A stretch of DNA of 51,688 nucleotides, the filler included, from Jimgerdemannia flammicorona (taxonomy: Eukaryota), in assembly GCA_003990765.1 (NCBI GenBank). It is 2 parts of 2 records of this genome, joined end to end, with 100 filler letters (N's around TTAATTAATTAA, not from the genome) between each part and the next. Parts side by side here need not be neighbours in the genome. Positions count along the whole stretch, not along the records: positions 1 to 25,797 come from RBNJ01000792.1; 1 more part is not named here. The stretch is one strand, 5' to 3'. The position numbers and the translations under genes are program-made. Numbering within the stretch: position 1 is the stretch's first letter; the number at the start of each line of letters is the position of its first letter. The notes below the pieces were generated by a model, which did no database searches, was not told the DNA's origin, and was given only the letters and a program-made list of their open reading frames with translations. Of the stretch, positions 1 through 13,641 are shown one piece after another.

Positions 1-3000
1 CTACCTCTTCCCTGTGAAAGACCACTTTGTCGAACACTATCCCCACCCTCCCACCACTCTGCTCACAGATCTTTATCACCAAACTGCAATATCATCCCCC
101 CTGAGTACTCCAACCCACCCACCATCTGGTCAGCAGATCTCCCACCAGTTCCTCCCACCTTAATACCTTCTCATGCAGCCCCAACCACTGCCTCTCCTCA
201 AATACAAAAAGCCAATGTCCCGCCAGTCCCACCCATACTGCTAGCACCCACCCTATAGTGAGCCAACTATCCCCCACCCCACCCACAAGCCGAGATCATA
301 AGTCCTCCCAGCAACCCCCCTCCCCTACCAGCTGATGCCCCACACCCAGTCTATCCCCTATTTCAGGCCAAAATTCCCCCAAGACCTCACACTCTCCCAG
401 CCAATGTTCTGGTATCTGTACATGACCCCCAGCTTGCCCAACATTGTAACACTCCTCACAATCAAATTGTCCACCCTCTACTAAATGCCCCGAGTGGAAA
501 TTCAGCATGACATTCCTCTGCAACATTCTCCACCATACCACCCAGAACTTGGAAAGAAGCCACCTCCATACCTCTGCACTCTAAGACCAGATGCCTGCCC
601 AGTCCCACTCCTCTCCGATTCCAACTGCCTGCCAGCCACCTGGCCAAAGATCCTGGCTAAGCCCCTGCTGACACTCCACTCCCTCCCCAATATCGAACAC
701 AGCCAGTGGAGTGCCCCCCAGGAGCAGTACCACATATTAGGCCCCCACACCACCTCCCTCTCATTACCTTGTCAATACAGGCCAATTTGGTGTGCTCTAT
801 CAGCCACTCCCCACCAAAAGCCCTTGAATCACAGCCTCTGAATTCCATTCAGCCCCACCAAAGAGAGCAGATCTCCAGAAGACCCTTGAGGGGACATTCA
901 CATCTTCCATACCTTCTGCAGCAGAGGCACCCAACCTCCACCCTGCAATTCCACAGCTCTCTTCAACCACTAGGCTCTCAAGCAGTACAGCCTCTTAGGG
1001 AAATCCACCAGGCCAAGACCCCCCCTGACAACCGGTCTTGCCAGAGTATCCCAACTGACCTGGGACCTCCTCCCCACCCAAATCCAATCCCTAGCCACCT
1101 TCATCAGCTTCTTCACCACCCATGCTGGGAAGTCGAAGTGATATGTCACATACCACAGCTTTGGGAACCAATATATATTCAGGATTGACACCCACCCTGC
1201 TAGAGAGATATGGTGGCCTCTCCAACCTCGAAGGGCCTCCCCCCAACTATTCACCCTGCTCTCCCACCACACTCGTGGCAAGACAGAACCATATATAGAG
1301 AGGAAGATGCCCAGATACTGTACCACCTCACCAGTAGGGACAATTGTTCCAATGACGTCTCCACCCACTAACCCATTCCCTAGCACCATCATCTCACACT
1401 TATGCCAGTTGAGTTTCGCCCCCGAGTGAGTCTCATACCATTCTACAGTCTCCTGAAGTGTCTCTATATCTGCCACAGACCCAAGTCCAATCACCATATC
1501 ATCAGCAAAGGCCCCCACCTTCCACACTATACTATATATAGAGAGCTCTGCTACCTTCTGGCGAATCCTATCCATCAATGGCTCTAGTGAAAGGGCATAG
1601 AGAATCGGGAAAAGAGAGTCCCCCTGAGGTACTCCTCTTCCCAAGGGAAATGCCACCATTATACGTCAGAGCTGCCCGACTACTTTCCAGCAGACTCAAC
1701 ATAGAGGCCCTAAATGTTGGGGAAACACCAATTTGGTCCAACACCTTTCTCAGCCACACCCGCCATACACAGTTGTAGACCTTCTCCTGGTCCAGAAAGA
1801 CCAACCTTCCATCCAGTCTACGGGCCCAGGCCCCTTCAATGACACCATGAATCCATACAGTCCCATCTCTTATTAGCCTGCCCCCAACAAAGCCCCTCTG
1901 CTCTTCCTCCAGCACCTGTTGGGCAACCTTCTGCAGCCTTGTAACAATCACCTTAGTCACCATCTTCCTGTCCATATCCAGAAGCATGATCGGCCTCCAG
2001 TTCTTCCAGTCTTTCCTCCTTCTCTTGTCTTTGTACAGTAAGGCCACCAGCCCCAGATCCTGCTCTCCAACCCACTCACCACTCTAAAGGACATGGTCAC
2101 AAAGATCAGCCATCTCGCCCAAAACTCTGGGGATGTTTACCATCTTCTTCCAGAAGTCCCATGGTAATCCATCCTCCCCTGGCACCATCCCAAGCTTAGT
2201 TGCTACCAGGACACTCTGGATCTCCTCTCTCTGTACTGGTAAGATCAAGTCCCTCAGTCCAGCAACCTGTGGTAGCCCCCACTCGTCTAGTGTATTCGCA
2301 ATCTCTGCCTCATCTGTACCCCCTTCTCTCTCACTCCACAAGCCCTGCCATCTCTCCTTCAAGACCCCCAGGATTTGTTGTGTGCCATGAATCATGTCCC
2401 CATCAGCATCCAGGACCCCATCTCACCGATGGCACACTCTCCTAGCTTTGAGAAGTCTCAATAAGTACCTAGTAGGCCGCTCACTCTCCTCAAGCCCCTG
2501 CCACCACAGCCTAGTAGCCATGCCCTGCATATGGGTCTCCTCCTCTTCCCTCAGCACCTGTTGTAGTTCTACCATCTCCAATTTCACCCTCTCTATCCTC
2601 CAATTCTCCACTCCTACAACAGTGAGCAAATTCACCCAATCTATTTGTAGTCTCCTCAGCCTGCTGGAAGCACACCTCATGCACCTCCTTCTCTGCCTCC
2701 CAGCCTCTCTACCAGCCTCTCCCCAATAAACCCTTGCAGCCTCTTTCAACCTCATCCATCGGACAGCCACAGGCAAACCCTCATGCTTCTATATAAAAAC
2801 TTTTACCTGAATGTCCTCCACCCACAGTTCCCACAGCCCCTTCTCAGCCACAGGGAGGAGTTAAGGCACCAATGTCCAGGTCCATCTCCACTCTCCCCAA
2901 ACTGCCCCTGCCCCAACAGTCCCCAGTGATCAGACCATGGGCACCACTCCACTTCCAATGCCTTCCAAACATCCGAACCCCAACACTCTGTCATCAGAAT

Positions 3001-3606
3001 CCAGTCAATCCTTATGCCCAGGCCATTCACTCAATGTGTGTATACCCTGGTGTCACCCTACCTTGTTCTGCCCATATCTCTTAAGGAGCTCAACATCTCC
3101 ACCTCCTCCCATGTATCCAGACCTCCACTTCTACCTCCAGCACTCCTCCCTCCATCAGTTCTGTCCAGATGCTGATCCCAAACCATATTAAAGTCCCCAC
3201 TGAGAACATCGACCCCTTTCTCCAAGAGAATACCCTCCTCCAGCAACCCCCTAATCCATGTAGTCCTCTCACCCCTAGCCGCAGGGTAGTAGCAAGAGCC
3301 CACCTTCACCGATTCCCACTCTGGCTGATACCAATCTCTCCAGACCAAGTGATCACCCCAGCTCCTGAATCCCCCCAAGTCTCCTCTGCCCTTCCTCACC
3401 AGAATTGCTACCTTTCCAAACCAAGCAGTAGCCCCCCCCCATTCCCTAGTCCACTCTACCCGATTATCCTCATCCTCACATCGAACATCCTGTAATAAAA
3501 AGAGATCAGCCTCCAATCTCTTGAGCCAAGTAAAAATGTTCCTACATCACCCAGAGCCCCTTAGCCCATTTACATTCAAGGAAAAAATGTTGATTGTACT
3601 GTTTAT
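1..3606 (-). pseudogene. LINE ORF2 (AP endonuclease - reverse transcriptase - CCHC zinc finger), with stops/frameshifts
   Basis: Begins (ATA)NSTINIFSLNVNGLRGS at 3606; motifs DLFLLQD, SGDFN, RIDW, WSDH (APE); NWRPIMLL, EEQRGF, FLDQEK, GVPQGDSLFPILY, AFADD, QYLG (RT); CEEC...EHWLGEC at ~385-460. Confidence 0.9.
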
Positions 3607-3639
3607 AAGGAATAATGATATATATCGGGACCCATCCTC

Positions 3640-5651
3640 TATAAGTTGGCATCCTGCCCCTCCTGCACTAAGTCCAAGTTATGTTCAGCAGCCAGTTCCC
3701 TCTCCCCAGCTTCCCGTGCCTCCAACTCTCCCAGAAGTTCTACCATTACCCCATCCTCATGCTCCTCAAAATCCTCGCGATACTCCAGACAGACCTCCTG
3801 CCAGAGCTACAGACCATGACACTCTGCCCAACAGTAGTCTGCCCACTTGCCAGCAACCACCCCCAGCTCTGCCTTTCTCACCTCGTCAACCTCATATCCC
3901 TTCTCCTCCAGCAAAATTGCCAGAATCTCCACCTTCAGTGCCTCCACCATTCCATCACCACACAGAATCCTTGCCCAATGCTCCTCAGGCATCACCCGCA
4001 GATCTACCTCCCCCAATGCTTCTGCTGTGAGGTTATCCATCACCTTGTGTATCCACAATAAGTTCCCCACCTTCTTCCCACCCGGAGTCCCCAGTCACCC
4101 TGCATCCAACATCGTGGTGTCAGCTCCTATACTAGCAGCCTCATCCCACTCTTCCTCAGGGACATCCACTAGCTCATCCTTGCCAACCGCCACCACCTGA
4201 CCCCCTTGTGCCATATCAGGGACCCCAAAGTGCACCTGCTGAGCCCCCTGTATCCATGTATCCTCTGTCATCCCTCTCTTCCTCACTGGGCCCCTTCTGA
4301 TAAGTGGGGGGGGGGGTGGCATCCAACTCTGGCTCCCACACTTCAAAGGTACCATCAGCAAATGGGTTCTTGTCCAGCTCCTTCCCAGCTCCTGCCTCCT
4401 TCACCTCTACCTCCTCTCCTCCTTTATCAGCCCAGACACTGGCCTCAGCACCTCCAGACTCCTCAGCTTCACCCGACTTCTTCTTTCCCCCACCTGTCAT
4501 ACTTGCCAACAGCTCCTTCTGCCTCTTGCATCCCTGGGCCCACTCCCACTACTTCTTATCCATACAGATATACCTCCAGTCCACAACCTCCAGATGCATT
4601 GACTCCTTATACAGTTTCCAGGCCTTCGCCCTCCTCTCCACAGCACCACCCAACTCCTCCAGCACCTCCAACAAGTTCTCCTCCTCCTCTTCGCTCCCCT
4701 TCACCCTCAATATCTTGCAGATGATGGCCCCCCATATCAGCACCGAGGGCCAGTCACTCATCTTCCCTGTGGCCTCCTTCCCTGCCAACCGAATCCTGAC
4801 ATCGACGTCACCTATCCTGATAGTTGTCCCCTCCCACAACTGAAAGCCAATGTCCACCACATCACTATACTCTACCATCACCTCCTCCACCCTCCTCCTA
4901 GTCTCCTCCTTAGTCACCATGGGCACCCCCCTCACCAGAAGCTGCACCACCCTGGGGTCTCACCTCAAGTACCTCACCATGGGGACCACCACCTCCCTAA
5001 CCACTACTCCTGTCCTCATGGCCTCATCCAGTAGGCCTGCCTTCTCAAAGCCCACCTCAACCCCCTCCAGGCCCTTCAAGAACTTCACTGAGGCCGCACC
5101 AGCCACCTGCCTCGAGATAAGCCCCAGGACCATCCTCGCCGTCACTGCCAAGCCCCTGAAGCACAAGGTAGCCACGAACTCCAAGATTGACTTCTTGAGC
5201 AACAGGGCCACCACCAGTCCCATTACACCATCAGCCAGGTCCCCCTTCCACATCGGAAACCCCTGCCCCCCCTGGCCATCAGCCATCACATCTCTTTTTT
5301 TTTCCTGATTCACTGTCACACTACCATCAGCAGTCTCACCACTACCCCCAGCCACTACTCCACTCCCCCCACCTCCCACCAGCGAAGGCCCAGCTCCCCC
5401 AGCATCACCAACCTTCTGCTTCCCCTTTCCTCCTACCTGTCCACTGTGGGCACCCCTCGGCCAACCCCCAGCCTTAAGTGCATCTGCAAAGCTCTCTCTC
5501 TGCTGTCCTCCAGCCCCCCCACCAGTGCCTCCTCCTCTCCCTGAGCTGCCCAGTCCACTCGATCCACCAAAAGACCCCATCCCCAGTCCATACCCTCTCT
5601 CGACATGCTGCCAGTCGAAGGCCCCAGGTCCACCTGACCTAGGACGTGCAT
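3640..5651 (-). pseudogene. LINE ORF1 (Gly-rich N-terminus, acidic C-terminus), disrupted
   Basis: Chain of minus-strand ORF fragments (4960-5580, 4549-4950, 4216-4509, 3807-4070) directly upstream of ORF2, ending with TAG at ~3640. Identity inferred from position. Confidence 0.65.
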
Positions 5652-7779
5652 CGGCTTGCTTGCTTGCTGGTTGACATCTCCTTAATATCTTTCTCTAATA
5701 AACAATTTGAAAGTGTGTTGTAAAGTATGTGTAACATGAATTGAAGTGGAGAGAGATATTGTAGCAGCAGTTTACAATCCAATTCTGCTTCAAGATGCTT
5801 CCTCACTCCACTACAAACCCTTCTGAGAATTCCTACAAGTTAGTATAAAGCCCAACCTCTGAACTGGAATTTATCCTGAACCATCTGACAATCTAGAGAG
5901 AATTGAACCTGACATACAAGAACAATTTGACCTCCACACCTGCAACAAGTGAGATAAACTTCATTTAAAGAAAGAAGAACTTCAGTTAAACCAGCAAATA
6001 GGTGAAACCCTATTCACTAAACTCCTTGCACTACACCCAGCAAGTCAAGATGAAGAAGGTCTTATTGAAGCCTTCTTTACCCTTCTCAATAAGAGTTTTG
6101 TCAGCTCCACAAATCCGAGCAATCTAGGACAACTAGCAGCAGTCTTTCTAGCCTTAATTCCTCATAAGGCCCAAGCCTCTGTAGCCAAGTGACTCAACTC
6201 TACCAACTTTCACCATACCAGGACTAAGACTGCATTATACTACTAATTCCAGAACAGCAAGGCCCACCATATTCTTAAAGAAGAAGTAAGAGAAACCCTT
6301 CGTCAACTATCTGACCCTGAACCTGAAGCAGGCCCTGCTACAACCCTACCTGAATCTGAAACCAATACCAAACCTGAACTTGACTTTGAATTAGGTCCAT
6401 CTGAAATCAGATATATAACTGATTCTGTCTATTTTGATGCTGAGCAAACCCAATTACACAAGGACCAAACCGAAGAAGAGGAGGAGTATCTCAGTGAATT
6501 CGATCCCAGATACATCACGGAAGGAGAAGCACCTCCATCAGGCCAGAATACACCTATATAGCAACAAACAGTCATCTATCAAGCCCTCACCCCAGACCCA
6601 TAACTACTACTCCAGCAACTTACACAGACCCAAAGAACCCCATCACACTCTGCACCAGTACCTCAAGTAGTACCAGTAATACCACTACCAGCAGTCCAAC
6701 CGCCTCCAGTAAACAACATGGCGAACTAACAGATTCTAGACCTCACAGCCCAGGTAGCTATAATGGTAGCAACTATTACTGCCTTAGCTGAACAGACCCG
6801 ACCTACCAAAAATCTGAGCCTACCTACCTTCAATGGTACTGCACAAGAAGTCCAAAGCTTCATTAGTATAGTTGATACCAACTTTGAAGCCAATCAATGG
6901 ACCAATAAGCGAGTTGCTGACCATGTTCTGACAAGCAATCAAGACCACACTCTAGAACAACTCTTTGCTACCACTACAGCCTATGTCTGCTGAGTTGTTA
7001 CATTCTTCCGAGGACCTGCCGAAGAATGGTGGCAAACCCTTCCTGAAAAACTCCTCACATAGGATACCTGACCTGCAGTAGTTGCCCAGAATACAGCAAA
7101 CAATGCCCCAGGATATGGAGCCCATCCTGCAGCCCCTGGACTCAAACAACTCATGATTGCACAATACTGTAGTGAAACCATGATCACTGAATCCTGAGTA
7201 AAACTCCACAACCTCAAATTCGATATACATGGCAAAGAAGAATTTGAAACCTTCTGTACAAAACTCAAGTCACTCCTGAACACTGTTGGCCTAGGATATA
7301 TTGCTAATGATGAAGCATGAAATGGTACAAGAGCAGACCATTTATTCGATGCTCTGCCTGAATGGCTTACTAGAAAAATCCAAGAACAAGACCACCCAGT
7401 TGGTTGTGATCACCAACAATGGTGCCTGGTAAGAATCAAGACTATGGTCAAGCAAATCCTAATGGCTGGACCAATTCTGCCCCAAAGACAATTCAATAAC
7501 AAGGAAAGAACTTAGACCAAGAAAGAAGAACCCAAGCATGAAGCATCCTGAGCTCCCTCCACATCCACCTCTTGGATACCCAGAAATCATGAACCCACCC
7601 AGCCAAGTACCTTCAAGAAACTTACTGAAGGTGAAAGGAACGAACTTTGAAGAAGCAGAGTATGCTTCTATTGCCAAAAGACAGGACACATGGCCAGTGC
7701 CTGCCCTAACCGAAAACCCCGAACACCAATACAAGCAACTGTCACCACTCTGTACCACCTCAACAATCTGACCACCAGA

Positions 7780-8190
7780 ACACTAGACTTCGTCAAGTTA
7801 AGACAAACTGCTAAGGCCCCAACCAAAGGAAGTCAAAAAGCAGCTAGATATGACCTATATATAGCTGAAGAAGCTATAGTTTCCAACCAAGAAGTCAAAC
7901 AAGTCTACACAGGAATCAGTATCCAAATCCCTGAAGAATATGTTGAAAGAATATGCTGTTGCAGCAGCCTAGCACTGAAGGGACTCTCAGTAGAAGGAGG
8001 AGTCATTGACAAGAATTATATGGGCAAAATTATTGTCTTCATCCAAAACCACAGTTGGACACCCTTCAAGATCCCTATTGGCTTCTGCATTGCCCAGATC
8101 CTATTCGAAAAAATCAAGTCAACCCTGATAGTCAAGGAAGTCTCTGAACTACTGCTTACCATCTGAGGATCCAAAGGATTTGGCTCATCA
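7780..8190 (+). pseudogene. dut: dUTPase domain within family A polyprotein (between Gag zinc knuckle and protease)
   Basis: Trimeric dUTPase motifs: A(G)YDL, SSLA, GGVIDxxYxGxI, IAQI, (R)GSKGFGSS. Same domain at ~18480-18890 in copy 2. Confidence 0.9.
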
Positions 8191-11100
8191 AACAAAGCCC
8201 CAGCCCAACCTACCATAAGCAAAGAAGAACAATTCTACAAGAAGATTGAAGATGGATATGTACCAAGTGGCCGATGCCCTCATGGCATTGGAATGTACTC
8301 TTTCTGAATGATTGATGACTGCTTCTCTTGTATCAATAAACTGGCACAAAGGAGAACCAACAGAAGGAAAGCCCCTATAACCGAAATCACTACCATTGGG
8401 TCAGACAAACTGCTTACACTTAAAGCTTTTGTCAACTGAGCACCTGTCAAGATTATGATAGACAGTGGTATCTCAGGCAACTTCATCAATGAGGAAACAG
8501 TCAACAGACTCAAGGTCTTCATCTCTCTGGTACAACAAACTCAAGCAGTTGCTATAGCTGATGGAACCTCACATGTTATTAGCAAAGAAGTCCACAATCT
8601 ACCCTTCTGAATTGGCGACTATCGAGTACATGTTACCCTCCAGATCATACTACTCCCTGACAATAAAATCATCCTTGAAACTCTGTGGTTGAAATAAGAG
8701 AACCCCATGATCGATTGGGTAAACCATTCTCTGACCATCAAGAAAGGACACCACAACTTCAAACTATAAGGCGAAAAGGACCCACTTAATTCTAGTGACT
8801 CTGGACCAAAGATCACCCACATCAACAAGCTACAACTCAAGAAATTGGCCAAGAAATACCCTCTTTTCACCATCTCTATCTGTCCATCCAAAGGAGAATC
8901 TGACAACTCTGAAGAAGATTTTTCCAAAGTTGACAGCTGTGTCAGACCACTACTCCAGAAATTTCGAGACATATTCCCAAAGAAGCTCCCGAAAGGCCTA
9001 CCTCCCAAACGAGTAGTAGACCATACCATCAAGACCATCCCAGATGCCAAACCAGCCTTCAAGTCAATCTACCACATGTCTCCAAGAGAAATTGATACAC
9101 TCAAGAAAGAAATTGACAAACTCCTAGAATAAGGATTCATCAGACCCAGTGTATCACCCTATGGCACACTGGTCCTCTTTGTTGTCAAAAAAGAAGGAGA
9201 CCTGTAAATGTGCATTGACTACTGCAATCTCAATGAACAGACCATTAAGAACTGTTGCCCACTACCAAGGATCGATGAAATATTTGATAGACTTACCAAC
9301 CCACAATTCATGAGCTCTTTTGATCTACAAAATGGTTACTGGCAAATTGCTATGAAAGAAGAAGACATCTACAAGACAGCCTTTCAAACTTGCTATGGAC
9401 ACTTTGAGTTCCTGGTTATGCCCTTTGGCTTAACTAATGCTCCAGCAACCTTCCAGACACTGATAAATACCATTCTGCATCCATACCTGGACAAATTCGT
9501 TATTGTCTATATTGACGACATCCTAGTCTTCAGCAAAACCCTGGAGGAACATCTTGAACACCTTGAACTAGTACTACTGAAACTCCGAGAAAACTGACTC
9601 TTTGCAAAACTCAGCAAGTGTGAATTTCTCCTGAAAGAAATTCAATTCCTTGGACACATTGTCACTTCAAATAGAATCAAAGTGGACCCCAGCAAAATCT
9701 CTGCAATCAAAGATTGGCCCAGACTCAAGAAGCTGAAAGACCTCTAGTCATTTCTGGGATTAGCAAACTATTACAGGCAATTTGTTGCCAACTTTGCTAA
9801 AATTGCTACTGCCCTCACCCAAATGACCAAGTATAATAAGAAACAAGAACAACCCTGGACCATAAAACAAGAGAAGGATTTCAACAATCTTGTAAATTGG
9901 GGACCTGAGTAAGATACTGCCTTTCAAGCACTGAAGGATGCCTTGATAACCACTCCAGTACTTCAAGTAGCAAATCCTGCCCTACCATATGAAGTCACTA
10001 CTGATGCCTCTGACCTAGCTCTTGGAGCAGTACTCATGTAAGAAGGACACCCTGTGGCCTATCACTCCCACAAGTTCAATGATGCCAAAATCAACTATGT
10101 AACTCATAAGAAGGAAATGCTAGCCATTGTAGACACTCTGATCAAATGGCGATCATACCTAGAAGGAGCACACTTCACTGTATTGACTGACTACAAGTCA
10201 TTAGTCAACATCAAAACACAGACTACTCTTTCTCAAAAACAAGCCAGATGGATGAAAGTCCTCACCAACTTTGACTATAAAATCCAGTACCACCCTGGCA
10301 AGGAAAATATTGTTGCCGATGCAATCTCCAGACCACCAATCGAAGAGGTTATCCAAACTCTCACCTTGGTTACAAACTCCATTATGGAACAAATTATCAC
10401 AGCATGTGCCAATGATAAGGAAGCTCAAGCATTCTGAGAAATCCTGAACAGTGATGATGCCGATAAGTATACACAGTATCATCAATACCAACTGAAGAAC
10501 AATGCTATCTACTATAAAGACAGACTGTATATTCCAAACAACCGAGACCTCCAAAGGACTATCCTATTCGAATGTCATGATACACCTATAGCTGGACATT
10601 TAGGATTCGATAAATGTTATGAAGTCATCTCCCGAAACTTCTATTGGCCCTGCATGGCAGATCAGCTCAAAACCTATATCACTTCCTTTCATGCCTGCCA
10701 ACGAAACAAGTCCTCAACACTAGCAAAACCCAGCTTACTCCACCCTATCCCAGTACTATCTGCGAATTGGGAACAAATCTCTATGGACTTTATTGTACAA
10801 CTACCCTGAACCAAGAATGGAAAAGATGCAATTGTTGTCTTTGTGGACTATCTCAGCAAACAAACCCATTTTGTACTAACTACCATCACTACAACAGCAC
10901 CAAACATAGCCACACTCTTGTTTGACAACATCTTCCACTATCATGGTCTTCCTAAGATCATTATTAGTGACCAAGATCCGAAATTCACCAGCCATTTTTG
11001 GAAAGCCCTCCATGCATACCTTGGAACAAAGCTTGCACTATCCACAGCCTTTCACCCAGAAACTGATGGCCAAACTGAAAGAATGAACCGAACTCTGGAA

Positions 11101-11688
11101 CAAATGCTAAGGAACTATGTTTCCTACAGACAAGATGATTGGCATGAACACCTCACTGCAGTCGAGTTTACCTATAATAATAGCAAGCAAGCCTCTCTTG
11201 GAATAACTCCATTCTTTGTCAATACTGGACAAAACCCAAACACCCCTTTGACACTTATCTGAACCACTGAAGAACCCTCCACAGTTGAAGCTGTTGAAGA
11301 ATTCTTACTTCAAATACACAACCTAAGCCAGATTGTCATTGAGAATTTATCATGAGCTCAAGAACAACAGTCACAGTATGTTAACCAACACTGCTGAGAA
11401 GAAACCTTTGATATTGGAGAAAAAGTTCTACTGGACATCAGAGGATATCGAGTTGACAACCTCAAGCACAGACCATCTACAAAGCTGAACAGCAAGTTCA
11501 TTGGACTATTTGAAGTCATCACACAAGTCTCTCCAATCTCCTACAAATTGGTGCTACCAGACACCATTAAGATTCACCCAGTCTTTAATATTCAATGTCT
11601 CAAGCAATACAATGAGAATGATGATGAGCTATTTCCAAACTAGACCACCAAACCACCTGCACCTGTCATTATTAATGATCAAGAAAAA

Positions 11689-11835
11689 TATGAAGTTGAA
11701 CAAATCCTCAACAAATGTAGCAACAAGAGCCACCCTGAGTACTTTGTCAAATGGAAAGGTTACCCGATCCACGATGCAACCTGGGAACCCAAGACCAATC
11801 TCCAGAATGCTACCAACCTAGTTCAGAAATATGAT
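11689..11835 (+). other. Chromodomain at integrase C-terminus (copy 1; copy 2 at 22389-22535)
   Basis: YEVEQIL...EYFVKWKGYPIHDATWEP..NL, classical chromodomain aromatic residues. Confidence 0.92.
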
Positions 11836-12354
11836 TCCTTGAACAACTAGAACCAAATATTCCGCACCTATCCATACATACTATATATTATCCTCCCGAA
11901 CATTATAATTATTGCAAACCAAACCAAGAACTCAGCAAAACAAGACAAGAATACTGACCCTCTGAAGAAATGGCAAAACTGAAAGCAAGCCTATTCTCCC
12001 TATACCACTGAACAAAATTAGAAGGCCCTGATGAGGATGTCGAAAGCTAAGAAGGGGAGAGTTGTAAGCACACAACCTCCAAGCCACCGAAATTATACAT
12101 TACCCTCTGAACAAGCTAATGAAATCACATGCAACCTCTGAACAAATCTGGAAATCACCTGCTTGATTACAAAGCTGAGTCAAATCGAAGTTACAGCATA
12201 CAAAGCTGAGTCAATATGAAGTCACAGAACACAAGATTTACACAAATGGAATCTTACCAATCAGGACCAAATGCATATACATATACCGAGCACTGAGACG
12301 TGTTGAATCAGAGAACCAAAACAAACAACAACCACAACTTCCAAACACACAAAC

Positions 12355-13464
12355 ATGACTACCGAGATCTATACCTATATCTGCGCTGACATTTGGAATG
12401 CCATTGTCAACTGAGCCACACCCCCTCTGCCCCTCATGAATATCTATAGCCTAGCACCCCTCTACTTTGTGGAAGCCCAATGGAACACTCTGAACATGCT
12501 TAGCAAGGCCCACCGAATCGGACAAATCTCAAGCTACTACCAGATCAGCCACCTCCTGGAAGACATGGTCGAACACCACCATGATACAGACATTACCGAG
12601 ATGTCTCAACACCAGAAGCTCATCACCTGCAAACATCGAGAACTCTTCTACGAGTATAGTACCATTATTCCCTGCCTCCGAGTTACTACTAGCAAAATGG
12701 TTGCTACTCTGTCCTATGGTCAAATCAATGACATGATACAAGAACTCAACCAGAAGTACTTCGAGTACATTGAAACTACAGACAGAACCTTCCCACACCC
12801 CAATGATCACATCCTGCAAATGCCCCAAGTTGGATATGCCATGAAGGACATCTACAATATAATCCACTTCGATGAAGACAAAGCAGAAGACAATGATCTC
12901 TCTGATACTGACATGACCTCTAGCCAAGGATCTCTGCCAACCCTGATCACACTGCCAACCTTGCCAATGAACTTACAACAATTCATAACAGCATATGAGA
13001 CTTATTGAGACAATGATCACTGGCATGAATACCAACCAGCATTCATTCCCGATTACTTCAACTACAATGAAGAGACTGGAGAACATAATCTGTACCTTCA
13101 GACAACCCTCAAGATTGAACCAACCACTCCACCACCTGAATATGAGTGACATAAACCACAGCCACCAGCTTACTACAACCCTGTGACTCATAGTACTATA
13201 ACCTACAGAAGATATGCAGACAGCAAATCCAATGAAAGTGAAGATGATGCACCCCTCCTTTGCCCACCAACACCATATCCAGCATATGAGACAGACGATG
13301 CTATTCTGTGGGATGGTGATGAAGTTCCAATGTATTATTACCTCAGCGAACAAGGAGAAGTAATCTGTGAACCACTCTTCCTAGATGACTACTTTATCAG
13401 AGATGATGCAATTGATGGTAATATCATCGAGGACTACTCAGATAGCACCCAAACCCATAAATAG
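12355..13464 (+). pseudogene. LTR (U3)-encoded ORF of family A, 369 aa unknown protein; copy in LTR 1
   Basis: ATG 12355 to TAG 13464; ORF-track pieces 12436-13008 and 13183-13464 are in the same frame; internal stops are sense codons in other LTR copies. Confidence 0.75.
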
Positions 13465-13641
13465 CCTAGCAGTCATAGTATAGTTAGATTAGCCTTGTAT
13501 GACGTAACTGTGAACTGACTCAGCAGTCAGACAATCTCTTGATATATCAGATCACACTTGTACTATGTGACTGCATTCTGACTCAGCAAAGCACTTAGTG
13601 CTACATCTATATCTAGCATAGTCCAGATAGCCCCTCACTAG

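Larger units (their letters stand above)
1..5670 (-). mobile_element. L1/Tx1-clade non-LTR retrotransposon (LINE), decayed; 3' end runs off the window
   Basis: Minus-strand ORF fragments give APE endonuclease, RT and C-terminal CCHC domains, preceded by a Gly/Glu-rich ORF1. 5' boundary approximate. Confidence 0.9.
5761..11850 (+). pseudogene. gag-pol: Family A gag-dut-pol polyprotein (~2030 codons in one frame, many premature stops, no visible frameshift)
   Basis: All fragments lie in frame +1: zinc knuckle CFYCQKTGHMASAC (~7660-7705), protease MIDSGISGNFI (~8455), RT YIDD (9508-9519), RNase H TDAS...EMLA, integrase [17 protein letters not shown], chromodomain; ends TAG 11850. Confidence 0.93.

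Noticed and set aside
485..5308. Many Pro/Ser-rich plus-strand ORFs
   Set aside because: Antisense shadows of the G-rich LINE coding strand.
12355..13464. U3 ORF as an env gene
   Set aside because: No signal peptide or transmembrane segment, and it lies downstream of the PPT inside the LTR.
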